64,000 nt of DNA from Candidatus Aldehydirespirator sp. (GTDB lineage Bacteria; Actinomycetota; Acidimicrobiia; Acidimicrobiales; Aldehydirespiratoraceae). The stretch is taken from the NCBI GenBank assembly GCA_965221605.1, contig CBDCSK010000015.1, forward strand, positions 595,211 through 659,210, written 5' to 3'. The translations under genes and the position numbers were made by a program. Shown here piece after piece: positions 18,300 to 27,549 of this stretch; position 1 is the stretch's first letter, and each line of letters begins with the position of its first letter. The notes beneath the pieces were generated by a model. It made no database searches, had not been told where the DNA came from, and worked only from the letters and a program-made list of their open reading frames with translations.

Positions 18300-20987
18300 A
18301 TGTCTCCTCCGGCGAGGAAGGTAGCCGGTTCCCGTAGCGGTGTCCGCATGCGCGAGACTGCGTTGCGGCGATTGGGGAGGCAACCGATGGAGACACTCCT
18401 GGGAGCGCGGTCGGGAACCGCCTACGGCGACGGGTGGGTGCGCAGCGCCTGCACCATCTGCATGAACCGGTGCGGGATCCTGGCCCACGTCAACGAAGAC
18501 GAGGTGGTCGACAAGATCCTCGGCGACCCCGAGAACCCCCACAACCACGGCCGCACCTGCGCCAAGGGCGACGCCGGATTCGAGGGCCTCACCGACCCCG
18601 ACCGCATCACCACCCCGCTGCGGCGCACCAACCCCGACAAGGGCGTGGGCGTCGATCCGGGGTGGGTGCCGATCGGCTGGGACGAGGCCCTCGACGAGAT
18701 CGCCGGGCATCTGCGCGACACGATCGCCGACGACCCCGAGAAGATCCTTTACACCAGTTTCGACATCTACCACCTGCGGGGCGCGCTGGCCGCGTCGTGG
18801 GTGACGGGGCTGGGGATGCCCGGCTACTCCACCTGGTCGGCCGCCATCTTCTGCGGCAACAACGTGCACGGCATCCTCTACATGAACCAGAACGCGTTCG
18901 AGAGCAACCCCGACCCGATCTACAGCCGCTACATCCTGAACTTCGGGGCCCAGTTCGGCTCGGTGGTGCACTACGACACCATGAACTCCACCCACGAGCT
19001 GTCGGTGCGCCGCTCCGACGTGCGGATGGTGTCGGTCGACCCGGTGTGCTCCTCCGCGGCCGCAGTGGCCGATGAGTGGGTGCCGATCCGCCCGGGCACC
19101 GACGCCGCGCTGATCCTGGGCATGGTCGACCAGCTCATCAACGAGCTGGGCATCTACGACGCCGAGTTCCTCAAGGACTTCACCAACGCCGCCTACCTGG
19201 TGGGCACCGACGGGCGCTACCTCCGCGATCCGGGCACCGGCAAGCCGCTGGTGTGGGACGAGGCGAACGGTGCCCAGCCCTTCGACGCCGGCACCGGCAA
19301 CGCCGCGCTCACCGGCGTCTACGACGTCGACGGCGCCGAGGCCCGGCCCGGCTTCCAGATGCTGGCCGACCACGTGCGCTCCTACACGCCCGAGTACGTC
19401 GAGTCGATCACGACGGTGCCGGCCGAGACGGTCCGGCGGCTGGCCAGGGAGTTCGGCGAGGCGGCCTGCATCGGCGAGACCATCACCGTCGACGGCGTGG
19501 AGTTGCCCTACCGCCCCGCCACCGTCGCCTGGTACCGGGGCCTGTCGGCTCACAAGCACTCGATGCTCAACGGCATGGCCATCATCCTGCTGCCGACCCT
19601 GATCGGCGGGATCGACGTGCCCGGCGGGCTGCTGGGCGACCCGTGGGGGCTCATCGGCAAGGTCAAGGACCTCGAGTACACCTCCAAGGCCAGTGACGAC
19701 GGGCTGATCTCGCAGGGGTTCATCGGCGGCGGCCGGGTTGGCGGCCTGTACCCGCCCCGGCCGACCGGTCCGCCCAAGACGACCGAGATGTGGGAGCTGC
19801 TGCCGTGCGCCCCCTACGGGACGGTGTTCTCGCTGCTCAACTCCGAGCATCCCGAGCTGTTCGGGGCGCCGCCGTTCCCGTCGATGATGATCAACTTCCA
19901 GTCCAACATGATGAAGAGTTCGGGCCCGCCCGAGGTCGTGGAGAGGTTCATCAAGCGGATCCCGTTCGTGGCCGCCATCGCCCGGCGCTTCGAGGAGACC
20001 ACGCTGATGGCCGACATCGTGCTGCCGGACGTGCACTACCTGGAGCGGATGACGCCGCTGGTGTACCAGCATCTGGCCTCGGGCGACTCGCGCCATGCGG
20101 CCTACGGAGCCAAGCCGGTGGTGCAGTCGAGCATCGAGGGCCCGGTGCCCGGCGAGCCCTTTGTGGACGCCATGCAGATCTACCTGGAGCTGTTGAAGCG
20201 GGCCGACCGGCTGCCGCAGTTCAACGAGGCGTTCAACAACATCGCCAAGATGCGCGAGCCCTACCGGCTCGACCCCGACGCCAGCTACTCGTACTTCGAG
20301 ATCTGCGACCGGTGGCTGCGCAACACGCTGGGCGACGACAAGGGCCTCGACTGGCATCTCAGCGACGGGCTCTGGACCGAGGACAAGACCGTGGAGCAGA
20401 AGTTCCCCCGGCCGTTCTTCGACGCCAGGGCGCAGGTCTACTGCGAGTTCATGGTCGACACCAAGGAGAACCTGGAGAACACCGTCGAGGAGCTGGGAAT
20501 CCCGTGGGAGACCGGCGACTACCAGCCTCTGCCCGACTGGAAGCCGGGGCCGGCCTACGAGCGCACCGCGCCCCACGACCTGTTCGTGACCAACATGAAG
20601 GTCCCCAACCACGCCCTGTCCCACACCCACAAGAACTCGATCCTGTCCACCCTGTCGAACCGCCACAACGACCTGAAGTCGGTGTGGATCAACCCCGGGA
20701 CCGCCGAGGCCCGGGGCATCTCCCACGGCGACCTGGTGGAGATCGAGACCTCCGGGGGCCGCAAGCAGACGGCCACCGCCCGGGTCACGCAGCTGGTGCA
20801 TCCCGAGGTGCTCGCCACCCAGGGCTGCGGCGGCGGCTGGAGCAGCGGCAGCAGCGGCGACGAGGTCAACTTCAACGCGTTGTTGAACATCGACGTCGAG
20901 CACATCGACTTCGTGTCGGGCGCGCTGGACTGCGCCATCGCGGCCGACGTGCGAACCGTGCCCGCCGGCCGGGGAGGGGCACGATGA
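18300..20987 (+). CDS. Molybdopterin (bis-MGD) oxidoreductase catalytic subunit, DMSO reductase/PsrA-like family
   Basis: 895 aa. N-terminal FS0 cluster motif CTICMNRCG...GRTCAKG (CX2CX3C...C). Size and domain order are typical. The start is uncertain (18300, 18348 or 18387). No twin-arginine signal is evident. Confidence 0.9.
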   Translation: MSPPARKVAGSRSGVRMRETALRRLGRQPMETLLGARSGTAYGDGWVRSACTICMNRCGILAHVNEDEVVDKILGDPENPHNHGRTCAKGDAGFEGLTDPDRITTPLRRTNPDKGVGVDPGWVPIGWDEALDEIAGHLRDTIADDPEKILYTSFDIYHLRGALAASWVTGLGMPGYSTWSAAIFCGNNVHGILYMNQNAFESNPDPIYSRYILNFGAQFGSVVHYDTMNSTHELSVRRSDVRMVSVDPVCSSAAAVADEWVPIRPGTDAALILGMVDQLINELGIYDAEFLKDFTNAAYLVGTDGRYLRDPGTGKPLVWDEANGAQPFDAGTGNAALTGVYDVDGAEARPGFQMLADHVRSYTPEYVESITTVPAETVRRLAREFGEAACIGETITVDGVELPYRPATVAWYRGLSAHKHSMLNGMAIILLPTLIGGIDVPGGLLGDPWGLIGKVKDLEYTSKASDDGLISQGFIGGGRVGGLYPPRPTGPPKTTEMWELLPCAPYGTVFSLLNSEHPELFGAPPFPSMMINFQSNMMKSSGPPEVVERFIKRIPFVAAIARRFEETTLMADIVLPDVHYLERMTPLVYQHLASGDSRHAAYGAKPVVQSSIEGPVPGEPFVDAMQIYLELLKRADRLPQFNEAFNNIAKMREPYRLDPDASYSYFEICDRWLRNTLGDDKGLDWHLSDGLWTEDKTVEQKFPRPFFDARAQVYCEFMVDTKENLENTVEELGIPWETGDYQPLPDWKPGPAYERTAPHDLFVTNMKVPNHALSHTHKNSILSTLSNRHNDLKSVWINPGTAEARGISHGDLVEIETSGGRKQTATARVTQLVHPEVLATQGCGGGWSSGSSGDEVNFNALLNIDVEHIDFVSGALDCAIAADVRTVPAGRGGAR

Positions 20988-21649
20988 CCCGGTGGGGCAT
21001 GGTGATCGACGCGGCTCGCTGCGTCGGCTGCCAGGCCTGCACCGTGGCCTGCAAGACCGAGAACCAGTCGCCGCTGGACGCCTGGTACGCGCCGGTGGTC
21101 GAGTGGGAGGAGGGCGAGTTCCCCGACGCCACCCTCAACTACCTGCCGGTGCTCTGCAATCACTGCGAGGACGCGCCGTGCGTGACCGCCTGCCCGTCGG
21201 GAGCGCTCACGCGCCGCGACGACGGCATCGTGATGGCGGACGAGGACGTGTGCATCGGCTCGCGGGCCTGCATGACCGCCTGCCCCTACGGGGCGCTGCA
21301 CTTCTTCGAGGACCGCGGCACGGTGGCCGTGGAGGGCGCCGGTGCCGAGGCCTCGCCCAGCGTGCCCGAACGCTACGCCCACCAGCGGCACGTCCGCGGT
21401 GCGGTGTCGAAGTGCACCTACTGCGCGCACAAGATCGACTTCGGCCTCGAGAACGGCCTGGAGGTGGGGGTGCATCCCCTGGCCACGCCCGCCTGCGTGG
21501 TCACCTGCCCGGCGGAGTGCCGGATCTTCGGCGACCTCGACGACCCTGACAGCAACGTCAGCCGCTACCTGGCCGGCCACGGCGGTGGCGAAGTGCTCAG
21601 GCCCGACGCGAAGACCCTGCCGAGCAACCAGTACGTGGGGCTCCCATGA
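20984..21649 (+). CDS. 4Fe-4S ferredoxin-type electron-transfer subunit (PsrB/DmsB-like)
   Basis: MTRWGMVIDAARCVGCQACTVACK, CNHCEDAPCVTACP, CIGSRACMTACP, CTYC...CVVTCP. ATGA overlap with the catalytic subunit gene. Confidence 0.9.
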   Translation: MTRWGMVIDAARCVGCQACTVACKTENQSPLDAWYAPVVEWEEGEFPDATLNYLPVLCNHCEDAPCVTACPSGALTRRDDGIVMADEDVCIGSRACMTACPYGALHFFEDRGTVAVEGAGAEASPSVPERYAHQRHVRGAVSKCTYCAHKIDFGLENGLEVGVHPLATPACVVTCPAECRIFGDLDDPDSNVSRYLAGHGGGEVLRPDAKTLPSNQYVGLP

Positions 21650-22659
21650 CTGCGGTCAGCCCGACGCCTGGGGGAGGTACCGGTCCCCAGAACGTGTTCA
21701 TGGACCAGTTCAACCTGGAGGCCCGCACCCAGCGGGTGTGGGACATCAACCACGCCATCTGGTTCACGCTCATGGGCGTCGGCGGGGGAGTGTTCCTGGC
21801 CGGGCGGATCCTGAACCTCACGGAGGGGCTCGGCTACCTGCTCGGAATCCCCACCGTCGATGTGGTCAGCTTCCTGGCCATCGCGGTCGGCGGGGCGATC
21901 CTGGTCGCCGACCTGGGCCGGCCCCTCCAGGCGTGGAGGGCCTTCGTCAACGTGCGCACCAGCTGGATCAGCTGGGGGGCGTGGTCCGATCTCATCTTCC
22001 TGGTCGTGGCCGGCCTGCTGGTGCTGCCCGCGCTGAGCCTGGGCGGGTCCGAGCCGTTCTCCGGGTTGGCGTGGGATCCCCACGGCGGCGACGGCGGAGG
22101 CCTGGCTCTGGAGATCGTGGCCGGGGTGGCCGCCGTGGTGGTGATGACCTACGCGGGGGCGGTCCTGGCCCGGCCCCGGGCCATCCCCTACTGGAACTCG
22201 CCGGCGGTGCCGTTGCAGTTCCTGCTGTCGTCGGCGGCGATGTCGGTGGCCGTCGTGATGCTGATCGAGGTGATCGCGGGCGAGCCGGTGAGCGCGGGCC
22301 AGATGGTGCTGCTGGCCGTGCTGACGGCGGCGCTGCTGGTCGCGGTGGTGGCGCACCTGCTGACCCGCACCGCGGAGCCGGGCAAGCGGGAGAGTCTGGA
22401 GCGGCTGCTGAGGGGTCGGTACCGGGGCCTGTTCGCCGGCTTCGTGGTTGCTGCGGGCACGGCCCTCCCGCTGGTGCTGGCGGTCGTGGGCGCGGCCTCC
22501 TCCGGCGCTCGGGACGCCTTGGCCGTGCTGTGCTTCCTGCTGCTCGTGCCGGGCGGGTTCTGGCTGCGGCTCATCACCCTCAGGGTCGGGATCTTCCCGC
22601 CGGTGCACATCCCGTCGGGACGCGGTCCGCGTTCGGTGGCATCGACGGCCGGAGGCTGA
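21646..22659 (+). CDS. NrfD/PsrC-type integral membrane quinol-interacting subunit
   Basis: 337 aa, about 8 hydrophobic helices. ATGA overlap with the FeS subunit gene. Confidence 0.8.
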   Translation: MTAVSPTPGGGTGPQNVFMDQFNLEARTQRVWDINHAIWFTLMGVGGGVFLAGRILNLTEGLGYLLGIPTVDVVSFLAIAVGGAILVADLGRPLQAWRAFVNVRTSWISWGAWSDLIFLVVAGLLVLPALSLGGSEPFSGLAWDPHGGDGGGLALEIVAGVAAVVVMTYAGAVLARPRAIPYWNSPAVPLQFLLSSAAMSVAVVMLIEVIAGEPVSAGQMVLLAVLTAALLVAVVAHLLTRTAEPGKRESLERLLRGRYRGLFAGFVVAAGTALPLVLAVVGAASSGARDALAVLCFLLLVPGGFWLRLITLRVGIFPPVHIPSGRGPRSVASTAGG

Positions 22660-22663
22660 CGCC

Positions 22664-23176
22664 ATGGCCATGACCGCGGCCGCGCTGGACGCGGCCCACG
22701 ACGGCCTGCGGGCCGCGGGAGTCGACTTCGTGTCGGGCCTGCCCGACGGCTGGCAGCGGCCCCTGCATGAGCGGGTCGAGCTGGACCCCGAGATCCTCTA
22801 CGTGCCGGTGTGCAACGAGGGCGTCGGGTTCTCGATCTGTGCCGGGGCCTGGCTCGGCGGTAAGAAGCCCGCGCTGATAATGGAGAACAGCGGGATCAGG
22901 GTGGCCTCGGAATACATCGCCCGCATCTCGCTGGGGACCGGGGTGCCGGTCACGCTGCTGTGCTCGTACCGGGGCGACATGGGCGAGACCGAGCACTGGG
23001 GGATCCCCCACGGCATCGTGGCCGAGCCGCTGCTGGCGGCCCTGCGGATCAAGTACCTGGTCGTGCGCCACGTCGAGGACCTGGCCAGGTCGATCGTGCG
23101 GGCCAAGCGCATAGCCGAGGCCCAGCTCCATCCCGCGGCCGTGCTGGTCTCCGGCGACTGCGTGTGGGAGGACTGA
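22664..23176 (+). CDS. TPP-dependent decarboxylase, alpha subunit (sulfopyruvate/phosphonopyruvate decarboxylase family, ComD-like)
   Basis: 170 aa, in frame within ORF 22448..23176. The TPP N-terminal pyrimidine-binding domain pattern includes VPVCNEGVGFSICAGAWLGG. Confidence 0.75.
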   Translation: MAMTAAALDAAHDGLRAAGVDFVSGLPDGWQRPLHERVELDPEILYVPVCNEGVGFSICAGAWLGGKKPALIMENSGIRVASEYIARISLGTGVPVTLLCSYRGDMGETEHWGIPHGIVAEPLLAALRIKYLVVRHVEDLARSIVRAKRIAEAQLHPAAVLVSGDCVWED

Positions 23177-23178
23177 CG

Positions 23179-23841
23179 GTGGCCCTGGACCGCTACGAGT
23201 GGCTGGGACGGCTGGCCGGCCGGATACCCGACGACGCGCTGGTGATGTCCACCTACATCGGCGCGGTGTCGTTCGAGTGGGCCCACCACACCGAGGAGCA
23301 CCACCGCAGCGCCCACCTGGGCCAGATGGGCGACGTGATCGGCCTGGCGCTGGGCCTGGCGCTGGCCCTGCCCCACCGCAAGATCGTCTGCCTCGACGGC
23401 GACGGCTCGGTGCTGATGGAGCTGGGCCAGTTGGTGGCCATGGGCGAGCAGCAGCCCGGCAACCTGGTGGTGTTCGTGGTGGACAACGGCGTCTACGAGT
23501 CGATCGGCTGGAGCAGCCACGGCCGCCGGCCCACCGCCACCGCGGGCCGGGTCGACCTGGCCGCCATCGCAGCCGGATGCGGGGTCCCCTACACCGTGGA
23601 CGTCACCGCCGAGGACGAACTCGACGCCGAGATGGATCTGGCCTTCTCCCGCGACGTGTGCAGCTTCATCAACGTGCGCACCCGGCCGGGTCACTCCCAT
23701 GTGCGCCCCCGCCGCACCGACGGCATCGAGGACAAGTACCGCTTCGTGCGCTACATCGAGCGCCTGGAGGGCATCTGGATCACCGGCGTCCCACCCCAGG
23801 ACATAGCCCTCATGAAGGACCGCGAGCGGAGTCCCATCTAG
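23179..23841 (+). CDS. TPP-dependent decarboxylase, beta subunit (ComE-like)
   Basis: GTG start 2 nt after the alpha stop. TPP-binding motif GDGSVLMELGQL...VVDNGVYES (GDGX24-27NN-like). Confidence 0.75.
   Translation: MALDRYEWLGRLAGRIPDDALVMSTYIGAVSFEWAHHTEEHHRSAHLGQMGDVIGLALGLALALPHRKIVCLDGDGSVLMELGQLVAMGEQQPGNLVVFVVDNGVYESIGWSSHGRRPTATAGRVDLAAIAAGCGVPYTVDVTAEDELDAEMDLAFSRDVCSFINVRTRPGHSHVRPRRTDGIEDKYRFVRYIERLEGIWITGVPPQDIALMKDRERSPI
23746..23822 (+). repeat. 77-bp direct repeat, copy 1 (3' end of the ComE-like gene)
   Basis: GTGCGCTACATCGAGCGCCTGGAGGGCATCTGGATCACCGGCGTCCCACCCCAGGACATAGCCCTCATGAAG recurs at 24502-24578 with about 3 mismatches. Confidence 0.9.
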
Positions 23842-23842
23842 C

Positions 23843-23870
23843 CCCGGACACGGTTGCCTCGTCCGGGTTC
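23843..23870 (+). terminator. Candidate intrinsic terminator after the TPP decarboxylase genes
   Basis: Stem CCCGGAC (23843-49) / GTCCGGG (23861-67), 11-nt loop, followed by TTCTG (weak U-tract). Confidence 0.35.
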
Positions 23871-23980
23871 TGCGCTGACGACACAGGCGAAACCCCAGTT
23901 CTCACCTGGGGCCTAAGCCTCACGCTTGTGAATTCTCGCTCACTATGGCGGAGCGGTCGCGTGGTCGTGAGGCTGCGACG

Positions 23981-24400
23981 TCATGGCCTCGTCTTCGTCT
24001 CCGCGCGCCCGCCGCCGTCCGCCTGATAGTCCCCGACCAGCTCCAGCATGCGCTCCACATAGCCACGCACGCCTGGACGTGAGGCGGCGATCTCGTAATC
24101 CTCCATGTCGCCATGGTGGAAATGGACGTGGAACCTCTCGGCGGCCGTGAACCCCGCTGAAAGGAGCGGGTCGCGGTACTCGTCGGCGAGGCGCGTGGCG
24201 GCGTTCTTGTTGTCGCGGTGGGAGCGGAAGGTCCAGCCGCGTTGTTTGGCAGCCGCGATGACGGCCTGGGTCGCGGCGCCGTAGAGCTTCTCCGCGCCCT
24301 GGCGCGTGTCGCCCGCCGCGAACTCGGCGTCGGACTGCGCAAGGAACTGCCGCGCTTGCGCGGCGCACTCCTCGACAGTGGTCTCATGGGTGAGGGTCAT
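23981..24400 (-). CDS. PaREP1/HEPN-superfamily-like helical protein
   Basis: 139 aa. The pattern AQARQFLAQSDAEFAAGDTRQGAEKLYGAATQAVIAAAKQRGW...SHRD...FHVHFHHGDM matches my recollection of the PaREP1-type family. The upstream region is AT-rich. Confidence 0.55.
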   Translation of the reverse strand: MTLTHETTVEECAAQARQFLAQSDAEFAAGDTRQGAEKLYGAATQAVIAAAKQRGWTFRSHRDNKNAATRLADEYRDPLLSAGFTAAERFHVHFHHGDMEDYEIAASRPGVRGYVERMLELVGDYQADGGGRAETKTRP

Positions 24401-24501
24401 GACAAGTCGTCCTATAGATGATTCACAGATGTTTTCATATGAGTAGGTTACAGTCTGCGTGCAGAGGAAGCAACAGGTTGACAGCGGCCCGTCCGCAGGG
24501 C

Positions 24502-24578
24502 GTGCGCTACGTAGAGCGCCTGGAGGGCATCTGGATCACCGGCGTCCCACCCCAGGACATAGCCCTCATGAAGAGACG
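24502..24578 (+). repeat. 77-bp direct repeat, copy 2 (relic 3' end of the ComE-like gene)
   Basis: See 23746..23822. It would encode ..VRYVERLEGIWITGVPPQDIALMKRREH*. Confidence 0.9.
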
Positions 24579-24646
24579 AGAGCACTAGCGGAGTCGGCCT
24601 ACACCGGCGGCGGCTTGGCGTTTCCCGGCACGCGTGATCTGATACT

Positions 24647-24907
24647 GTGAATACAGCTGATACACGGGAGGAGCAGCCGTTGCCCACCTCGATCCGCCTG
24701 TCGCCCGAGACCGAGGAGCGGATAAGCCTGCTGGCGTCCCTCACCGGGCGCACGAAGGCGTTCTACCTCCGTGAGATCATCGACCGGGGGCTCGACGACA
24801 TCGAGGACTACTACTTGGCGGCTGACGTTCTTGAGAGAGTCCGAATGGGCCGAGAGCGTGTGTATCGCGCCTCGGACGTGAGGGAAGAGCTTGGCTTGGG
24901 GGATTGA
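24647..24907 (+). CDS. relB: RHH (CopG/RelB-type) antitoxin
   Basis: Core TSIRLSPETEERISLLASLTGRTKAFYLREII. An alternative TTG start at 24680 is preceded by GGGAGGAG. The 3' end overlaps the toxin gene start. Confidence 0.7.
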   Translation: MNTADTREEQPLPTSIRLSPETEERISLLASLTGRTKAFYLREIIDRGLDDIEDYYLAADVLERVRMGRERVYRASDVREELGLGD

Positions 24908-25154
24908 CTACACCGAGACGGCGAGGACCCAGCTGGGGAAGCTCGACAAGAACACCGCGCGCCGAGTCATCGACTACATGGACCACCGTGTCACGGAAGC
25001 TGACCCACGCCGCGTCGGCCGGGCCCTTACGGGTCCCCTCGGGAAGCTTTGGCGCTATCGGGTGGGGAGTCTCAGGGTTGTCTGCGAGATCCGAGACGAC
25101 GCCGAGCGCGTGCTGGTGTTGAGGATCGCCAGACGAGATGAGGCCTGTCGATAG
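24891..25154 (+). CDS. relE: RelE/ParE-family toxin
   Basis: 87 aa, TTG start. Pattern L.KLDKNTARRVIDYM...LTGPLGKLWRYRVGSLRVVCEIRDDAERVLVLRIARRDE is typical of RelE/StbE. Confidence 0.8.
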   Translation: MAWGIDYTETARTQLGKLDKNTARRVIDYMDHRVTEADPRRVGRALTGPLGKLWRYRVGSLRVVCEIRDDAERVLVLRIARRDEACR

Positions 25155-25181
25155 CCATTCGCACTCGCATCCGGGTCGGGA

Positions 25182-26399
25182 TCAGGTGACGGTGCGCAGG
25201 GACTCGGCCATGGTGTCGATGATTCGGCCGATCTCGTCGTCGGTGATCACCAGCGGCGGGCACATGGCCAGCGCTTCGTTGATCGGGCGCACGATCACGC
25301 CCCGGCGCAGCATGTCGTTGCGCACGTCCATGGAAGGCCGGTCGAGCACCGCGGCCTGCACTGCGCCGGTGCCGCGGTGCGACGCGATCAGGCCGTCGGC
25401 GGCCAGCGCCTCGAGACCCTCGGTGAGCTTGCGACCCACGTGGTGAGCCCTGTCGACGAGACCCTCGGCCGTGATGATCTCCATGTTCCTGACCGCGGCC
25501 GCGGCCACTGCGGGATGACCGGAGTAGGTGTAGCCGGTGCGCAGCAGGAAGCCCGGCTCCTCGAAGTTCTCGCACACCCGGCGGCTCACGATCACGCCGC
25601 TCAGCGGCAGGTAGCCCGAGGTCACACCCTTGGCGAAGGTCATCATGTCGGGCATCACGTCGAATGTCTGGGCCCCGAACCACTCCCCGGTGCGACCGAA
25701 GCCGCAGATCACCTCATCGAGGATCAGCAGGGCGCCGTGCTGGTCGCACAGGCGGCGCACGCCGGCCAGATAGCCCTCCGGCGGGGGGAAGACCCCGCCC
25801 GCGCCCTGAACCGGCTCGGTGATCACCGCGGCCACCCGCTCGCCGTGCCGGGCGAACGCGGTGGCCATGGCCTCGATGTCGTCGTGGGGCACCTCCACGA
25901 AATGGGGTACCAGGTCCCCCCAGCCCTCCCGGTTCAGCGCGATGCCCTGGGCGGATGTCCCCCCGAAGTTGGTGCCGTGGTAGCCGTTGGTGCGGGTGAT
26001 CACCACCTGCCGGTCGGCCCGGCTGGTGCGCTGGGCGTAGAGGCGGGCGAGCTTGAGCGCGGTGTCGACCGCCTCGGAGCCCGAGCACCCCAGGAACACC
26101 CGGCCGTCGCTGAGCGGCGAGCGCTCGGCGATCATCTCGGCCGCTCGGGCCGCGGGCGGGTTGGTGAACGGGTCGAACGTGTTGTAGCAGGCGAGGTCGC
26201 GCATCTGGGCGGCCACCGCGTCGGCCATCTCGGCGCGGCCATGGCCGATCTGGCAGTACCAGAGGCTGGCCAGGCCGTCGATGTATGAGTTGCCATCGTC
26301 GTCGTAGAGGGTGGAGCCCTCCCCGCGCACGATGTTGATCATGTCGGACTCCGGCTTGGCCGGAGGGGCGAAGGGATGGAGGAGGGCATGGTGGCTCAT
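25182..26399 (-). CDS. Class III (omega) pyridoxal-phosphate aminotransferase
   Basis: 405 aa. GSEAVDTALK, DEVICGFGRTG and TFAKGVTSGYLP (PLP-Lys) motifs. Confidence 0.9.
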   Translation of the reverse strand: MSHHALLHPFAPPAKPESDMINIVRGEGSTLYDDDGNSYIDGLASLWYCQIGHGRAEMADAVAAQMRDLACYNTFDPFTNPPAARAAEMIAERSPLSDGRVFLGCSGSEAVDTALKLARLYAQRTSRADRQVVITRTNGYHGTNFGGTSAQGIALNREGWGDLVPHFVEVPHDDIEAMATAFARHGERVAAVITEPVQGAGGVFPPPEGYLAGVRRLCDQHGALLILDEVICGFGRTGEWFGAQTFDVMPDMMTFAKGVTSGYLPLSGVIVSRRVCENFEEPGFLLRTGYTYSGHPAVAAAAVRNMEIITAEGLVDRAHHVGRKLTEGLEALAADGLIASHRGTGAVQAAVLDRPSMDVRNDMLRRGVIVRPINEALAMCPPLVITDDEIGRIIDTMAESLRTVT

Positions 26400-26487
26400 C
26401 GGACGCGGCTCCTGGAGTAGGGGACGGGCGGAGAAAGTCGGCTCAGCCTAGGAGTGGGGAGAGGGGCGCGCAGCCGGAACGCTCCGG

Positions 26488-27525
26488 TCAGAACACCACC
26501 GTGCCCGCCGACACGACTGCCGTGCCGTCGAGGGTGATGGTGCAGTTGCGCATGGGCAGGTCGAAGTGGCCCAGGGTGTGGCGCCCGGCGGTCTCGTTGG
26601 CCCCGGTGGAGTACAGGAAGTTGCCGGCGAAGGCCCGCAGCTCGGTGCCGTTGAGCTGGGTGCGGTCGTACATCGTGAGAGCGTCCCAGCGGGCCAGCGG
26701 GTTCATGCCCCACCCAACGTGAGAGACGGCGTAGGCGTCCGGATCGTCCCACGCCGCCAGGTAGCTGGCGGTGAGGGCGGCGTCGAGGCCGTCGCCTGAA
26801 ATGTCGGTGACGTAGTCGTCGACGATTCGCATCCGCACCGGCGATTCCAGGTAGCGCTTGAAGGTGAGGTTGACGTCGCCGGCGTCGAGCACCAGCGGGC
26901 CGTTGACCGAACCGGCGGCGGGGAAGCACAGGCACAGGCCGCCGGGCCAGTGGGCGATGGTGCCCGGGCCGTCTGTGAGGCCCCAACTCCCGGCAGTCGG
27001 GGCCTTGGACACGTCGATGGTCAAGTCGGTGCCGGCCGCGGAGGTGACCCGCATTTGGGTGGCCCCTGCCAGCATGGCTGCGCCCTGCTCCACCCGGTCC
27101 CTCAGCGCCGGATCGGGAACGAGTCGCTCCAGGATCTCCGGATGCTCGTCGGAGACCATCAGGATCCGGGCGCCGCCATCGAGGATCGCGCCCAACTCCG
27201 GAGCGTGCAGCAGACCCTCGACGGTGCAGTCGGCCACGAAGGACGACCCGGCCAGGGCGGCCACCGCCGGTCCCAGCCCGCCGATCGCGTCGGAGGCGCC
27301 GGTGGAACGCACCGGCACCGGCACCCTCTGCGGGGGCGTGGTCAGTCGAAGGTGGAGGACCCTCGCACCGAGGCGCTGGAGGGCCAGATCGGCCAGCTCC
27401 ACGTTCACCGGGCGGCTCTGGGACTCCGACAGCACCGCGGCGGTCTCGCCGGCGGTCACCCCGCAGAGACGGAACGTCTCGGCGAAGGCCTCGATCCACT
27501 TGCCCTCTACTCGTTCTTGGAGCAT
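26488..27525 (-). CDS. Aminopeptidase T (M29)/NicX-like family protein
   Basis: 345 aa. Overall resemblance to the 2,5-dihydroxypyridine dioxygenase/leucyl aminopeptidase T family (C-terminal HVGWG...TGAN...HFD). This is family-level recognition only. Confidence 0.6.
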   Translation of the reverse strand: MLQERVEGKWIEAFAETFRLCGVTAGETAAVLSESQSRPVNVELADLALQRLGARVLHLRLTTPPQRVPVPVRSTGASDAIGGLGPAVAALAGSSFVADCTVEGLLHAPELGAILDGGARILMVSDEHPEILERLVPDPALRDRVEQGAAMLAGATQMRVTSAAGTDLTIDVSKAPTAGSWGLTDGPGTIAHWPGGLCLCFPAAGSVNGPLVLDAGDVNLTFKRYLESPVRMRIVDDYVTDISGDGLDAALTASYLAAWDDPDAYAVSHVGWGMNPLARWDALTMYDRTQLNGTELRAFAGNFLYSTGANETAGRHTLGHFDLPMRNCTITLDGTAVVSAGTVVF

Positions 27526-27549
27526 CGTCGGTCCTGCGTCCTCGCTCGA

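Noticed and set aside
18300-18400. Twin-arginine (Tat) signal on the molybdoenzyme catalytic subunit (the sequence contains ..ALRRLGRQP..).
   Set aside because: The RR is not followed by an FLK-like consensus or by a hydrophobic h-region before the first Cys cluster, so I did not call it a Tat signal. See the finding on cytoplasmic orientation.
18165-20903. 912-aa ORF antisense to the molybdopterin oxidoreductase gene. Similar long antisense or out-of-frame ORFs occur at 4238..6277, 37045..39561, 61386..63725, 26396..28513 and 14757..16019.
   Set aside because: Their composition is extreme (Arg/Gly/Pro/His-rich, low complexity), which is typical of stop-codon-poor alternative frames in high-GC DNA. 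Each overlaps a gene with clear family motifs on the other strand or frame.
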